Shown here: positions 14,913-30,005 of the stretch, piece after piece
Position numbering within the stretch: position 1 is the first letter of the stretch
How the letters are laid out: each line of letters opens with the position of its first letter
DNA from: Octopus vulgaris
Lineage: Eukaryota
Assembly (NCBI GenBank): GCA_951406725.2
Contig: OX597835.1
Span: 45,012,001-45,076,000, forward strand
Reading direction: 5' to 3'
Length of the DNA: 64,000 bases
Notes under the pieces: generated by a model
The model's database searches: none
Told to the model about the DNA's origin: nothing
Seen by the model: the letters and a program-made list of their open reading frames with translations, nothing else
Translations under genes and position numbers: made by a program

Positions 14913-15340
14913 TACTCTTTACTCTCTTTTACTCTTTTACTCGTTTCAGTCATTTGACTGCGGCCATGCTGAAGCACCGCCTTTAATCGAGAAACTCTAC
15001 CCCGGGACTTATTCTTTTGTAAGCCCAGTACTTATTCTATCGGTCACTTTTGCCGAACCGCTAGGTGACGGGTACGTAAACACACCAGCTTCGGTTGTCA
15101 AGCAATGCTAGGGGGCCAAACATAGACACACAAACGTATACACACACATACATATACATATATATATACATATATACGACAGGCTTCTTTCAGTTTCCGT
15201 CTACCAAATCCACTCACAAGGCTTTGGTCGGCCCGAGGCTATAGTAGAAGACACTTGCCCAAGGTGCCACGCAGTGGGACTGAACCCGGAACCATGTGGT
15301 TGGTAAGCAATCTACTTACCACACAGCCACTCCTGCACCT
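14913..15340 (-). mobile_element. SINE family B, full length
   Basis: Reverse complement of 9820-10228 and 28470-28889. Confidence 0.92.
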
Positions 15341-15661
15341 ACATGGCAAAGAAGAAATAGCTCTGTAAAAGAGCGATTTGCCACATAGGAAGAGACAGGG
15401 AAAGCTTGCTTTCCACTTTGACTCTTAAAAATGACTTTTAAAAGATTTTGACTGATTCTGGTTCCTATATATTAATACTTGGGAGAATGAGTAGCGGAAG
15501 TTAAAATTGGAGACATACCATCAGAGAGATACATCTAATGTCTAGTGGCCAATATCCTGCAGTTACGGAATGGCGATGAACTTAGCAAAATTATTAGGAC
15601 TTTGGACAAAATGCATCAAGGCATTCCGTCCAGCGCTTCGTGTACTGGTTTCAAATAATCT

Positions 15662-16062
15662 TTTCTACTCTAGGCACAAGGCCTGAAATGTGGGGGAGGG
15701 GACTGGTTGATTACATAGAGCCAGGTGTTTCGCCGGTACTTAATATATCCCCCGAAAAGTTGAAAGGCAAAGTCGACCTCCGCGGAATTTGAACTCACAA
15801 CATAGCGACAGACGAAATACCACAAAGCATTTCACTCGGCGTGCTAACATTTCTCATTTCTTTATTGCCCACAAGGGGCTATAGAGGGGACAAACGAGGA
15901 CAAACAAGGACATCGACCCCAGTGCGTAACTGGTACGTAATTTATCGACTCCGAAAGGATGAAAAGTAAAGTCGACCTCGGCAGAATTTGAACTCGGAAA
16001 GTAACGGCAGACAGCTAAGCATTTCGTCCGGCATACTAACGTTTCTGCCAGCTCGCCGCCTT
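15662..16062 (-). mobile_element. Two abutting SINE family C units (tail 2 at 15662-15852, tail 1 at 15856-16062)
   Basis: Two copies of the GTCGACCTC..GAATTTGAACTC body; plus-strand tails CTAGGCACAAGGCCTGAAA versus TTTATTGCCCACAAGGGG. Confidence 0.85.
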
Positions 16063-16273
16063 AGGGGTTTCAAATAATGCGATGCTGACATTTCTCTTCA
16101 TCGTTTTTAGTGAAGATAAAATGATCATCGCTTGATCAGTGGAGTCGAAGTAATTAGCTGTACTCTCGTCTAGAATTGCTGACTTTGCGTCAAAATTTGA
16201 GATTACGTTTTTCATTTGTTACGTTCTGACTTCACATTCCAACAACGTCGATAATTCTTTCATTCGTTTAGAG

Positions 16274-16491
16274 CAGTGGTTTTCAACCAGGGTTCCGCAG
16301 AACCTTGGATTCCGCCGGTACAGTGCAGGGGTTCCGCAAGAAGTTACAAAACTGCTAAAATCGGCAGTAATTTTTAAGTCTCCTGTGCAGATATGTGAGC
16401 ATAAGACTATTAAATGATTGCACAGGGGTTCCTCGAGCCAGTGGAATGTTTCCTTGGGGTTCCGCTCAAGCAAACAGTTTGAAAAGCACTG
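16274..16491. mobile_element. hAT-superfamily MITE
   Basis: TIRs CAGTGGTTTTCAA / TTGAAAAGCACTG; perfect 8-bp TSD GTTTAGAG (16266-16273 and 16492-16499); recurring internal GGGTTCC motifs. Confidence 0.9.
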
Positions 16492-17205
16492 GTTTAGAGA
16501 GTCGATGTGTACAATTTGGGCATTACGGTTGAGGTAATTCACTTACCACTCCAGCTAAAATACTAGCTTCGTAACAAAATTTGAAACAAAAACTTTTTAT
16601 TATTATTTTAATAATATCTGGATTTGATTTTCTGTATTTAGCCTCATTCGACTCTTTCTTGGACTATTTCCTTAAAAAAGTACACACACACACACACACA
16701 CGCATATATATATATATAGCTATTTTCAATTTGCGATTCCATTATTCAGTCTCGAATCGAAGTATTTTGTTTATTGGCTTCTAATTTTAGAGCCTAAATG
16801 TAAGAGACTTTTCATATTTTACAAAATTGCAAACTTATTTTTCAGTTGAGATTAAATCTATAAGAAAAATGATAGAAATAGTTTTGCTTATCCTTAAACA
16901 TTTTATTTTGTTCTGCTTTTTTTGAAAGCCTTTTTGATTTAATTTTGTTTGAGATGAAAAAGTATTCTTAAATTTAATTGGAATTGAAATATATATATTT
17001 TTTTCGGATTCGATAGTGCTTCTTTAATTTTCATTTTCCGTCTTTATAATGTCTATCAATTGTTAGTAATTTAAGATATCATTTTAAAATACCGAGGTTT
17101 TTAAGTCGAAGAAATTGTTGAAAAAGTTATTATCCTATTCAAGTATTTCTAAATTTGGACAATTATCGTGCATTTGAATGCTGACCCAATAAGATTTCAA
17201 TCTAC

Positions 17206-17530
<325 letters not shown>

Positions 17531-19011
17531 TAAAGAGCTTCTGTATTGTTTTCAGCAACAAAAATCGATTTGCAAAAATTGAACCACAAAAAGCAAGGTT
17601 CGATCTCCCATACCGGAGTTTTTTCCTGCTCAATGGCCTCTAAGTGAGTCTTTGAACGCCATATCCATATCAGCGCCATTTCTAACTGAAATATAGCTTA
17701 CAGAGATTTTGAGGCGAGAACCGTTAAATTATTATCTTTCTGCCTTATTTTACTGTTGCTTAATGGCGGCTTTGATTTCAATTACTGTTTCATTATTTAC
17801 TTTGAAAATATTGCTGTCATCAATGGGCATGAAGGCATTTTATTTCACGAGACGGTGAGGCAGCAGTAAACTTGTTGCATGGTCTATATATTCCAATTCT
17901 TTGTTAAGACTGCAAGGTGTAGTTTGTGGGGGAATTAAGCTTGTAAGTGCAGCGGCCTCGAAGAAGATCAATAATATCTAAGCGAAATAGCGTACATCAT
18001 TTCAGGTGGTTCCTTTCCCCTATGTTAGGTTAGCAGTTGAGTGATGTATGCGGCTTCCTTTCCCTTCACCTTTATCATGATGCTTGGTTGGTTGGCTGGA
18101 TGAAATTGCACGTTGCCTTAGATGACACTTGCAAAGTATGGGCTATTGTTTTTATGGGTGTTCTGTACTAAACGAGGAATAATTCTATTTCAAAGAGAGA
18201 GAATCAAATACGTTTGTATTGAATGCGTTATCGCTCCCTTTTTTATTGTCATCTTTTATCTTCCATTCATCAATTGTTTCTGCTGGACAAAGATCCTCAA
18301 TGGTATAAAAGGTGTTAATCAGGTTGGATTTTCATTAACAAAAATGACATCCCTGTTGGGTTCCGTATTCCCTTATTGACAATCTTTGCTGAAAATTTAA
18401 TGCCGTCATTTCACTCTTCTCGGATGGAAGACTGATGAGAACTTGCAATATTCTATTATTCATTGCAGTTGTGTTATGAAATTTGTGAGAAAATCTCTCC
18501 TTCGGTTTTATCGTTTCTTCAATATTTCGAGCCAATTGGTCTCCTTATTTAGTAAAACTTCGTGTGTCTTCTTCTAACCATACACATTTATCATTCAGTG
18601 TGCTTCTTCGCAGGAACTGTTGAACTACTCTAGTGGCAGTCCAATGGAAAAGTTATGTCTTAAGTAAATTAGGAATGACAAGTTGAATGACCCATCTTAG
18701 GATAACCTAGGTTGCTGAGTATAATTAGAGGATAACCTGTCATCTTAAGACAGAAGATCTGATCCCGTTTCAAAGTTTGAAGTAGATTACTTGAAAGATT
18801 TTCATCGGTTTACTCCAATAAGCTTGTTTGCAAGGTTTCACGATGCTGTTTCACAAAATTCTAAAGAAATGGAGCTAAATGTTCATTATATCATATTCTG
18901 AAATCTTAAGCAAAATATATTTGCGCATAATCATGCAAACACACATTTACATTAACATACATATACTATATATATATATATAATAAATCTCGGAGCGAGA
19001 TATACTTCACG

Positions 19012-19049
<38 letters not shown>

Positions 19050-19054
19050 TTATA

Positions 19055-19277
19055 CGAGGGAGCGTTAAAAAGTTCAGGGATTTACGGGTGTCGTGAATGT
19101 CCTCGTGGGAGGCTTCCCCTTGCAAACTCTTTTACAGTGCTTAAGTGCTTAGAAAGCCTGAAGGACGGGTGTGATAAGTGTGTCAAACTGTGAGACGAAT
19201 ATGTTAATAAAATGATAATTAACTGATTTTCGTGTATTTTGTTTTACCAAAAGCCAGGAAATTTTCAGCAACCCATG
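19055..19277 (+). mobile_element. Mariner-derived MITE with transposase C-terminal remnant
   Basis: TA-flanked degenerate TIRs (CGAGGGAGCGTTAAAAAGTTC / GAAATTTTCAGCAACCCATG); internal LESLKDGCDKCVKL*DEYVNK resembles the mariner C-terminal 'W.KC....GEYVEK'. Confidence 0.7.
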
Positions 19278-19489
19278 TATATATATATATTAGTGTTCTG
19301 TCTTGCCTTCGAAACATGCTTGAGTCTACTGGCGACAGCTGATGACGGGCTTTTTTTCCTTGTGTAGCACGTCCTGTAACTGTTTTTTTCGTTTTCTTGT
19401 TTTTTGTTTTTCCCGTTTCTACGTCTTATTGTGGTGTCCTGTACTCACGTATAATTATTTATATGTGCATGTATATATACATGTAGATG

Positions 19490-19865
<376 letters not shown>

Positions 19866-20328
19866 AGGATGAGATACTTATTGCTGGAAATATATTGAAC
19901 GTACGTCTGCTTCTGTGCACTTGGCAGCTCATTTGACATTTTCGCATTGTTTCGTTGCCTGTAAGGACTTCATTTCTGATTTGTAATCGCAGAGAAATAT
20001 CAGAAATAATATGCTAGATGCTGGTACCTCTCAGAATTTCCAATCGGTGTTCGTATTATTTTTGGTATGTTTTTCTTTGAAAAAAATGTCATCACTAACC
20101 GTTTTCCGACGGAAGATCCTAGAAGTTTCTGTATTCTTCGTATCAGAAAAATCGTCCATTCAAACCCATTTCTACTCGTCAGGTACTTTTTATGTGTCCC
20201 ATTTTTTTTTTATTCTCCTACGCATCTCGATTTCAACCCACAACAGTATCCTCAGCGTCATCATGATCACCATCGCTAGCAGCAACAACACCATTGACAG
20301 CAGCAGCAGCTCAGTGACAGCAGCAGTA

Positions 20329-20600
20329 GAGGTGCAATGGCCCAGTGGTTAGGGCAGCGGACTCGCCGTCGGAGGATCGCATTTTCGATTCCCAGACCGG
20401 GCGTTGTGTGTGTTTATTGAGCGAAAACACATAAAGCTCCACGATGCTCCGATAGGAGGTGGTGGCGACCCCTGTAGTACTCTTTCGCTCCAACTTTCTC
20501 TCACTCATTCTTCCTGTTTCTTGTCCCCGACTTCCTACGCAACCGCTGAGCCTGGACCACGTTTCGAACTTCTCCCACGAAAACCGCTTCGCTCAACAGC
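20329..20600 (+). mobile_element. SINE family A head/body with a third 3' tail type
   Basis: Head and body match family A to ~20520, then diverge (CTTCCTACGCAACCGCTGAGCCTGG); sits in a CAG/CAA repeat. Confidence 0.8.
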
Positions 20601-23599
20601 AACAGTAACAGTAACAGCAACAACAAACAAGATGGGGACAAATATCCGTCCAATGTAAATAATGTAAATAATTCCTCATCGCTTAGATATAGAACTCTTC
20701 TTACCTCTTCGAGCAAATCGCTCTTAACTACAGTAATTTCGTGACGCTAGTCATAATTTGAGAACTGCCGACGGTTTACAAAATAGCAGCAGATGATCTG
20801 ATGGATTAATTTTTTTTCAAGTCGGACTGTAGACGCGTCCTTGGTTCACTTTCGCCCCACTGCAGCTCCTTTATCTCAAATCAGTGCTAAATTCTCACCC
20901 TTGACGAAAGAGCTCGTTGAAGTAAAACATTTGATGCACCTGATTTTACCAGCAGGTATATCACCAAAAGGTAACACAGTATTTACTTTTGTGGTGCATG
21001 AACGAAAGAAATTATTCATAAAATGTAGAATTTGTCTGTCAATATATTTTTGCATCTTACTCTACTAATACTGTGTACGTTATTTGTTGACAGTTCCATT
21101 CTCTGTGCCCTCTTATGGTTCAACATTTACTGAAGATCTAGCCTTGAGTGTATTAAATTTTGGCATCCTTCAGTTACAACTATATCTCGCATTGATTAAA
21201 ACTGACTACACGCATTGTAATGATATAGAACCTGTCGAATTCCTCTGCGAGCAAACGAAACGTGAACGCCATTCTTCATTAGAAGCATTTACTGTTGAAG
21301 TTTTTATAAAATCATAACAAAACGACTGAAATATTGGATTTCCGCCTGCAAAGTATAATAAAAAAAATTATGACAATGGTACTTAAAGCAATATTCAGGC
21401 GAAACGTTGGCAAAAATAGTAATGAGTGAGAGAAAAATGAGGATATTCAAAATTCATGAGACCGTAGGTGTCAGTATTAATATCCTCATTACTGTCATGT
21501 ATCGTTGTATGGAATAATTATTCCGGGCATTGATTGTCATCAGTCTCCTCCATTGAGAACATGAGCTGCATCTATTCATTTACATGCAGCTCTATCTTCT
21601 GATGTGCAGTTGGCTTGCTGCTGTAATGCTCGCATATATAGGAAATGCATCTGCATATTTATTTCCTTGCACGTCTATTTCTTCTGATATGCAGTTAACT
21701 AGCAATGGTAATCTGAAAGGAGAAATACGTCTACATGTATATTGCTGTGTGGAGTTGTTCGTTCTGGCAGGCAGTTAGTTCTCAGTAATATATATTTTAT
21801 TGTTTACGGTCTTTTTGAAAGTGACTATGTTATGACACTGACTTCAAGAGGAGAGCCGATTAAATCGATACCAATATTTACTCGTATTTCCAATTATGGA
21901 GCTGGCAAGTGTATAATTTCTGAAGTCAAAGAAACGGATCTGGATATGTTTGCAAAGAATGCAAAGGAATGTTGCAACTAAACGCGATAAATATTCTGTC
22001 AGACGAATTAACATTTCTGCTATCCAGTTGTTGCATCAATTTGGTAGTTTAGACTATAGTCTGAAATAATAAACTTCTGCGCACATTTCCTCACATACAG
22101 CAATAACTTATAACTCATTTATCTTTGTGCGAGGAACACAAAAAAAACAGGTACAGACTATATTTGTACGCTTTCCTCTAATAGGCACAAGAGACGACAT
22201 TGGGGGCATATAACAGCCGATTGGTTTCATTTCATTGCTACTGGAACCATATTTTATCACCCTCGGAAAAATGAAAGGCAACGTTAAATTAGCTGGATCT
22301 GAACACAAAACCTAAATAACTAAAATAAATGCCTCGAGGTATATGTGCGATGATCTGACGATTCTGCCAATCCATTAACCTTGCTCTCGCTCTTATGATA
22401 GAAATATTTTTTATTTTAGTAACATGAATTATAATACAGCTACCAATGTAAATATGGAAGCTTCAACTCGCATATTGAGTGTTGTGGCACGCATTGGAAA
22501 ATGGGCTTTTTGTTGTTTAATTGCGTGTTTTTTGTTATGTTTTCTGAAGGCCTTTGAACCCTTTGCGCTTCAGCAGTTTAACATTAGTCGTGTAAATAGC
22601 AGGACATTTCGTGGTTTGATATAAATGACTTTCTTTATACTCTAAATATTTGCCTTCGTAAATTTGTGAAAAATATGTAGTCTCTTAAGAGAGCAAAAAG
22701 AGAATAGCATGCCAGGATGTGTAAAGCTCCCGATAAAATACATTGCGACATTGAATTACGTCAAGGCAGGGAGTGGCTGGGTTGTTAGTACGTCGGACAA
22801 AATGCTAAGCAGCATTTCTTCCGGGTATTTACGTTCCAAGTTCAGTTCCTGACGATGTCATCGTTGCGTTTTAGCCCTTCAGACTCCATAAAATAAAGTT
22901 TAAGTCATGCAGCTCCTCCACTCAAAATTGTTGGCCTTGAATTCTTAGAGGGACCGGCGTCCTGTTCAAGGGGCTGTTGTGGTCTGTCACTGAGACCGAG
23001 TTACCGGGCTTATGGGACCTCAGAGGAAAGAGGAAAATGTCCGTTATGTTATTTAACATGTGAAGTTCGAATTTAAGCGGGGTTACGTTTCTTTAATTAA
23101 TTATCAGTTCTGTTACACACTAAAACTGCGACGTACAATTGTTAAATATAACGATTTTACAAAAATAATAAAGAAAGAATTATCAGAATGTGTAGGGCTT
23201 TGTTCAAAGTACGTTGAGATAATCTGTTGCATAACTTTTGACTTTAAGTTCAAATCCTACCAACGTCAGCTTTGTATTATATTAAACAAGTACAGATGTA
23301 GTCTTTAGCCTCTCAGTTCAATGTTAACCGTCATTTGTTTAGACTTACAGTCTGGAAGATTAAAGAAAATATTATATTGTGATCTCTTGTCTAACCCAGA
23401 TTCCTTATACCTTTCATACACCCAGGGGTATTAAGAGAAGATAGGAATCAATAATACGGGTAGGTGTAATTATTACGTCCATTGAAATTGCCTGCGAGAA
23501 GAAACGTATGGTGCTGAGCTTAAGTTGCAAAACTTTGTTTATTTCGTAAGAGTAGTTTAAAACTGAAAATAAACAAAAAATAAATAAATATTCACACAC

Positions 23600-23648
<49 letters not shown>

Positions 23649-23695
23649 TATGTATATATATATATCTCTATATATATATATGTATGTATACATAT

Positions 23696-23775
<80 letters not shown>

Positions 23776-23776
23776 G
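23600..23776. repeat. (TA)n/(CA)n microsatellite
   Basis: Direct inspection. Confidence 0.9.
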
Positions 23777-24604
23777 TAATAAATTTGTTTTACCATCTTA
23801 CAGCCGGGAGATAGCATAGAATATTAGAAAATAAAATATAAACAAGGCACAAGTGTTCACGTAATTATTTATGTGAACATTAAATGAAGACACCGAATGA
23901 CTATAAAAAAATATATACAATAAATACACAAATACAAAAAATAAAATCCAAAGCGAAGTTAAAAACACATAAATGTTATTCTGATTTTTCACTGAAATTG
24001 TTTATCCATTATAAATTATAATGTTTCTGAAATTGTTCCATTATAAGAAAAGCGAAAGAAAATATATGCTTTAGAAAAATGAGAAAATTGAAGAAAAAAC
24101 AACGAACCGATTCTTACAAGAATCCATCCTAAGGCTGTCTGTCACGTGTGCTGCTGGCGTTAGAATATAGTGATTGATTTGTTTCTGGTTTGTTTTTCGA
24201 TAATTTTTTAGTTATTTTCCCCCACCGGTCTTTAATGTTGTTTAACATCCTCGCTGAAACATAACGCTCTGTTTATCTATTCGTGTCGCCCACATATCCT
24301 CACGTCTCAAAAAGACACTCTTCCTTGTTAATCCCCATTAAGTGAGGGCGCAATTATGTTGATTCATATCTATACACATACAGTCACACATACATTTATA
24401 TATGCACAGATGGGTGTAGCCATGCACTGTACGGAGGGTGGAGTTGTCAATTATTAAAATAGATCCAACATTAGCCGCCTAATTTACATGAAACAGTGTT
24501 ACAGTGAAGACCAAATAGCAATTATATTTGCACAGAGAGGCGGAACGGGGATATTATCAGAATCAGTTGAAATGATTCACACATATATATATACACACAC
24601 CCAT

Positions 24605-24642
<38 letters not shown>

Positions 24643-24657
24643 AATACGCTTAATGTA

Positions 24658-24722
24658 AAAAATATATAGTACGTGTTTTATTGGCTAGACTGGCAACATG
24701 ACCATCCCTAAATACAAGAATA
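24658..24722 (-). mobile_element. Degenerate fragment of repeat family P2 (see 31800-32178)
   Basis: ATATAGTACGTGTTTTTATTGGCTAGACTGGCAACATGACCATCCCTAAATACAA aligns to 32117-32173. Confidence 0.7.
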
Positions 24723-25373
24723 TATATACATACATACTTAAATATATATATATATATGCTAATATGTATGCACGCACATATTTATTTAAATGCATATGTA
24801 TAAACATATATATTTATATGTTTGTGTATAATGCCGTATCGATGTGTTGAGAGAAACAAGGCTACTTTGATATACTGGTGAATAGACATATATCGATAGT
24901 GATTAAGAAAAAGTTTGCAAATATATAAATACCGATAGAAACATAGTTGCAGAATCAAGTGGTCCTAAGAATATATTTTACGTACAAGGTGACCATTGAA
25001 TATAGAATTGTGAGTATCCCAACTCGAAACAAAGTGTATTTTCTGCGTGATACACACGCAAGTTCCTGACTAATCGACTTAATCTCCAGAGAATTTCCGT
25101 TTAAACCATTATATTCAATAATGCTTTACAGAATCGTATGAATCTGTCAAAGCTTGGTTAATTGATGTATGTCAAGGTTAATTTCTTTCACAATGCTTGC
25201 AGGAAACATACGGTTGATTTGTTCATGGATATCAAAGAAGAATCTCTTATGGTATAACCAGCCGAGAGAGAATCACGCACACACACGAACACGAACACAT
25301 ACACACGCACATGTATACATACATAGATACGTAAATACATGGGTGTGTATACATATATTTACTTTTGCATGCA

Positions 25374-25412
<39 letters not shown>

Positions 25413-26219
25413 AGGTGTGTGTAGGTGTGTGATTGTTTATATATACATATGGATAATGATAGCTTGTACTGGTTTGGAATACAAGTTAATTACATTCAGA
25501 TATTGGTTGTAACGTGAAATAATGAGCGAAATTACATGCCATTCATTCTTGATATACACGAATCTGTTTTAGTTTGTATAATAATTGCAATTATGAATGG
25601 AATGTACAATACATGAAAAGAGATAAATACGACAATTGGTAATTGCCATAGAGTTACCTATCGATAACAAATACCTGAGACTAGAAGAAAAATGACGATA
25701 ATTGTGAACGTGGCGTATGTCTTTGTAAAGTAATGATTTCTGCATGGCTGGTCTTTGTGAAAATTCGAGCATTAGTATTAGGGTTTATAAAGTATATAAA
25801 TAGAACTTCAGTGAAATCATTCAAAATGTACAGGAAAGCAATTTGTATACCTGCGCGCTTGTATAATGCGTTTGCTACGATACTTTGATATTGGCAATGC
25901 ATAATGGAATATCGCAATTAGACTTGTGTTTGTATATTATTCAAATTTGGTTGTTGTCATTCTGTGACGAATGACATGGGAAGTAATTTCAGTTGAGGAA
26001 TATATGCATTTAAGGGATAGTTTCTGTTTGTGTTATGTTAAAATTGATTTATGCTGTGTGTATTAGATATGTATTTAGCAGACGACAGTCGAGAATCCAA
26101 CGAACACATTTCAAAATAAGGAATCGAATATCGCTGGTAAAAGTCGCACTTGAACCTGAACACGCACACATAAACGCACAGAAATATCTCTCTTTCCCCG
26201 ACTCTGTTTTACAAACACA

Positions 26220-26603
26220 GGAGGCGCAATGGTCCAGTGGTTAGGGCAGCGGACTCGCGGTCATAGGATCGCGGTTTCGATTCCCAGACCGGGCGTTGTG
26301 AGTGTTTATTGAGCGAAAACACCTAAAAAGCTCCACGAGGCTCCGGCAGGGGATGGTGGTGATCCCTGCTGTACTCTTTCACCACAACTTTCTCTCACTC
26401 TTACTTCCTGTTTCTGTTGTACCAGTATTTCAAAGGGCCGGCCTTGTCACTCTCTGTGTCACGCTGAATATCACCGAGAAATACGTTAAGGGTACACGTG
26501 TCTGTGGAGTGCTCAGCCGCTTACACGTTAATTTCACGAGCAGGCTGTTCCGTTGATTCGGATTAACCGGAACTCTCATCGTCGTAACCGACGGAGTGCT
26601 TCC
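26220..26603 (+). mobile_element. SINE family A, tail 1, full length
   Basis: A and B boxes; perfect 12-bp TSD TTTACAAACACA (26208-26219 and 26605-26616). Confidence 0.95.
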
Positions 26604-26641
26604 ATTTACAAACACAAACACGCATACACCCCACATCCACG

Positions 26642-26676
<35 letters not shown>

Positions 26677-27011
26677 TTGTGTGAGCAAGAATATATCAAC
26701 ATACACACATAGAAATAGTAATGTAAACAAAATCAAAATAGGCAGATTTGCACGCAAAGAAACTAAGAAACGTAGGTGCATAAACGCCATTTTATTATCC
26801 TTGGAAACACCGAAACAACATAGATTTAAAGTAAAAGAAGTAAAGAGAGTGTGTCGTTTAGTAGAGAGTGCGAGAAGAAATGTAAGATCGAGGTAGCTGG
26901 ACAAAATCTAGACAAGCACAAAGGTTAATGTCCTAAAAAAGTATAAATATTCATAAGGGAAAACTAACAATGTAATTCACGTTATATGTGAATATATATA
27001 GAGATAGATAG

Positions 27012-27310
27012 ATAAGTTTCTTTATTGGCCACACAGGGCTGCACACAGATGGGACAAGTTACAAGGCAGAGCTTTTCTTTTGGGGAATGAAAAAAACAAA
27101 AAACAAAAGAAACCAAAAAAAGGGGTGTCGTAGGTTTTCGATCAAGAGGGATCGTAAAAGGGAAGAACAAAAAAATAAATAAATAAATAAAATAAAAAAT
27201 TTAAAAAATTAAAATAAAAAAAAGAAGAAAAGGAAAAGGAACAAAAGAAAAGAGAAATGAAAAAAGAAGAAAAAAGGGGAAAAAAGGGGAAGAGGAAAAA
27301 ACGATCAAGA
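27012..27310 (-). mobile_element. 3' UTR of Tx1-like LINE (5'-truncated), embedded in GATA repeats
   Basis: Reverse complement matches 47070-47272 (TTTACGATCCC..TTGATCGAAA; TGTGCAGCCC.GTGTGGC.AATAAAGAAAC); GATA repeats on both sides. Confidence 0.8.
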
Positions 27311-28169
27311 TAGATAGATAGATAGATAGATAGATATCATGGAGGTATATTTAGCGGATGAAGTACTAAGTTGGAAACGCAATGTTAGAGAAAATGTGAG
27401 AGATTGTGTGAGTGAAAGCTTAAAATACGCAAAAAAACGGGAGTTTTGGTACCTGAGCAATATTTAATTGATGAGTCGTGGGTGTAATACAAAAAGTGTC
27501 AGATGTAGCAACAGGATCAAATTTAAACAAATGCAAATTGTTGAAAATTGTAGAAAAAATCTGAGAAATTTTGGTTCCTAAAAATTCCAGTTTCAAATTC
27601 AGGTTCAGACAAAGACTGACACAACAGGTTTAGAACAAACGGAGTATACATATGTTTCATTCTTAACTATTTTTTTTCTTTGGAGTGGGACAGTCCAGCC
27701 GACAGGAGATGAGAGAAAAGAACCATTTACCTTAGTAACTGTGTATTTGTGTACGAATGCTGTAAAGTCGCTGTGATCGACCAAATTTTTCCTCGCTTTC
27801 TTTAAGACTAAGGTCTCCATATGACATTTATCTTTTTTCGCAGCTATAGTAATGCTTTGATAAGAATCTGACGTATTCTTTGTCTGGAATCTTCATCAGA
27901 TGGTAAATTCGTTTTCTTTTAGCTATTTCGCAACGTGATTCAATTAAAAATATATCGGAATCGAATATGAATATTTTCCAAATTAATCTAAAGAGTAATT
28001 TGAAAATAAAATTAATGAAGTTAAAATTTAATGAAGATTACAGTCAAAGGCCGTTAGACCTTGTTTTGATTAGTGAACAAAGATTGAATTGATTGGATGT
28101 TTGAGCACGGAATAACATCCGGGTAAGTCCAGCGCTTTTAACACACACACAGACGCAGGTACACACATG

Positions 28170-28460
28170 CACATATACACACTAGCATACACAGACGGGC
28201 TTCCATATATAATAATACCAAAACCCATATATATATGTAAATGTTCATGTGTCTGTATTTGTACCCCCACCATCGCTTGACAACCGATGTTGGTGTGTTT
28301 GTGTCCCCGTAACTTAGCGGTTCGGGTAAACAAGATAGAATAAGTACTAGGCTTACAAAGAATAAGTCCTGAAGTCGATTTGTTCCACTAAAAGGCAATG
28401 CTCCAGCAAGGCCGGAGTGAAATGACTACAACAAATAAAAGAAAAAAGAATAAAAGAATA
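28170..28460 (+). mobile_element. SINE family B, 3' half (with short inverted internal piece)
   Basis: CATCGCTTGACAACCGATG ... AAAGAATAAGTCC ... tail. Confidence 0.8.
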
Positions 28461-28469
28461 TAAATATAT

Positions 28470-28889
28470 AGGCGCAGGAGTGGCTGTGTGGTAAGTAGCT
28501 TGTTTACCAACCACATGGTTCCGTGTTCAGTCCCACTGCGTGGCATCTTGGGCAAGTGTCTTCTACTATAGCCTCAGGTCGACCAATGCCTTGTGAGTGA
28601 ATTTGGTAGACGGAAACTGAAAGAAGCCCGTCCTATATTTGTATATATATGTGTGTGTGTATGCGTGTGTATGCGTTTGTGTGTCTGTGTTTGTCCCCCT
28701 AGCATTGCTTGACAACCGATACTGGTGTGTTTACGTCGCCATCACTTAGTGGTTCGGCAAAAAGAAACCGATAGAATAAGTACTGGGCTTACAAAGAATA
28801 AGTCCCGGGGTCGATTTGCTCGACTAAAGGCGGTGCTCCAGCATGGCCGCAGTCAAATGACTGAAACAAGTAAAAGAGTATAAAGAGTA
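28470..28889 (+). mobile_element. SINE family B, full length
   Basis: GGCGCAGGAGTGGCTGTGTGGTAAG ... AAGTAAAAGAG. Confidence 0.93.
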
Positions 28890-29467
28890 TATATGTGCTT
28901 GTAAGTAACCTCTATATATATTTACATATATATGAGTATGTATGTATGTTTATATACACACAATACGATTCAAAATTGATAATTTTCCATTAATTCCCAT
29001 ATCTAAGATAATAAAGGCCCTACATGAATAGTTCAGAAAAATATTATATTCGATATAAGAAAACGGTAAAGAACTTATAAATCTGCATGTCAGTTCTTCT
29101 TTCTATTCGATATGAGACAATTGAAACAGATAATTTTGATATATTTAAAATACCTTATACGTTTTTTTTTTTTTTTCCAATTCTTGTACAATACAATGCA
29201 GTGAAATGATACAGGTGTTCAAAGTTTGTGAAAGCATTGGCGCCGAAGATGTAGTAAATTGGCGAAACAGTTACGTAGAGAGATTAATCTGCTATATATG
29301 AAGTTTAATTAAATGTGAAAAATAATTAATGCAGCATGTTTATTTTTGTTTACCTTAAATTATCTTTCGCTTGGTTGATAAAAACTATCCGTAAGGCTTC
29401 CGCGCATGGCAAAATGTAAATAGGAAAAGTAAATTGAAAACGAGCTTGCAACAACTCTTTCTCTCTA

Positions 29468-29503
<36 letters not shown>

Positions 29504-29544
29504 TCTCTCTCTCTCTGTATACATTGAGGCATACAGATATACAT

Positions 29545-29598
<54 letters not shown>

Positions 29599-29716
29599 GT
29601 ATATAGGTATTATATGCATACATATATCTACCTATAGGTCGGTGCATGCATAGTTTTATATACATATATATATTAATAGATAAATAGATAGATATGTACA
29701 TAAATACATATGTATG

Positions 29717-29804
<88 letters not shown>

Positions 29805-29807
29805 TAT

Positions 29808-29844
<37 letters not shown>

Positions 29845-30005
29845 CATATATATATACACACATATATATACATATGTATATATACACACATGTATATACA
29901 TACTCACACATATATTATGTATATGTTTGTATATAACTGTTTATGTATAGATTTGCATATATGACTATATATGCATGTGAATACGTGCCGATACATATAT
30001 GCATC
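29468..30005. repeat. Compound (CA)n/(TA)n microsatellite
   Basis: Direct inspection. Confidence 0.9.

Noticed and set aside
21555-21595. Small hairpin GAGCTGCAT..ATGCAGCTC as a miRNA candidate
   Set aside because: Stem too short and no recognisable mature miRNA sequence
26220-26295. tRNA-like sequence with A and B boxes (also at other SINE heads)
   Set aside because: Continues into SINE bodies with TSDs and has no clean cloverleaf; a SINE head, not a tRNA gene
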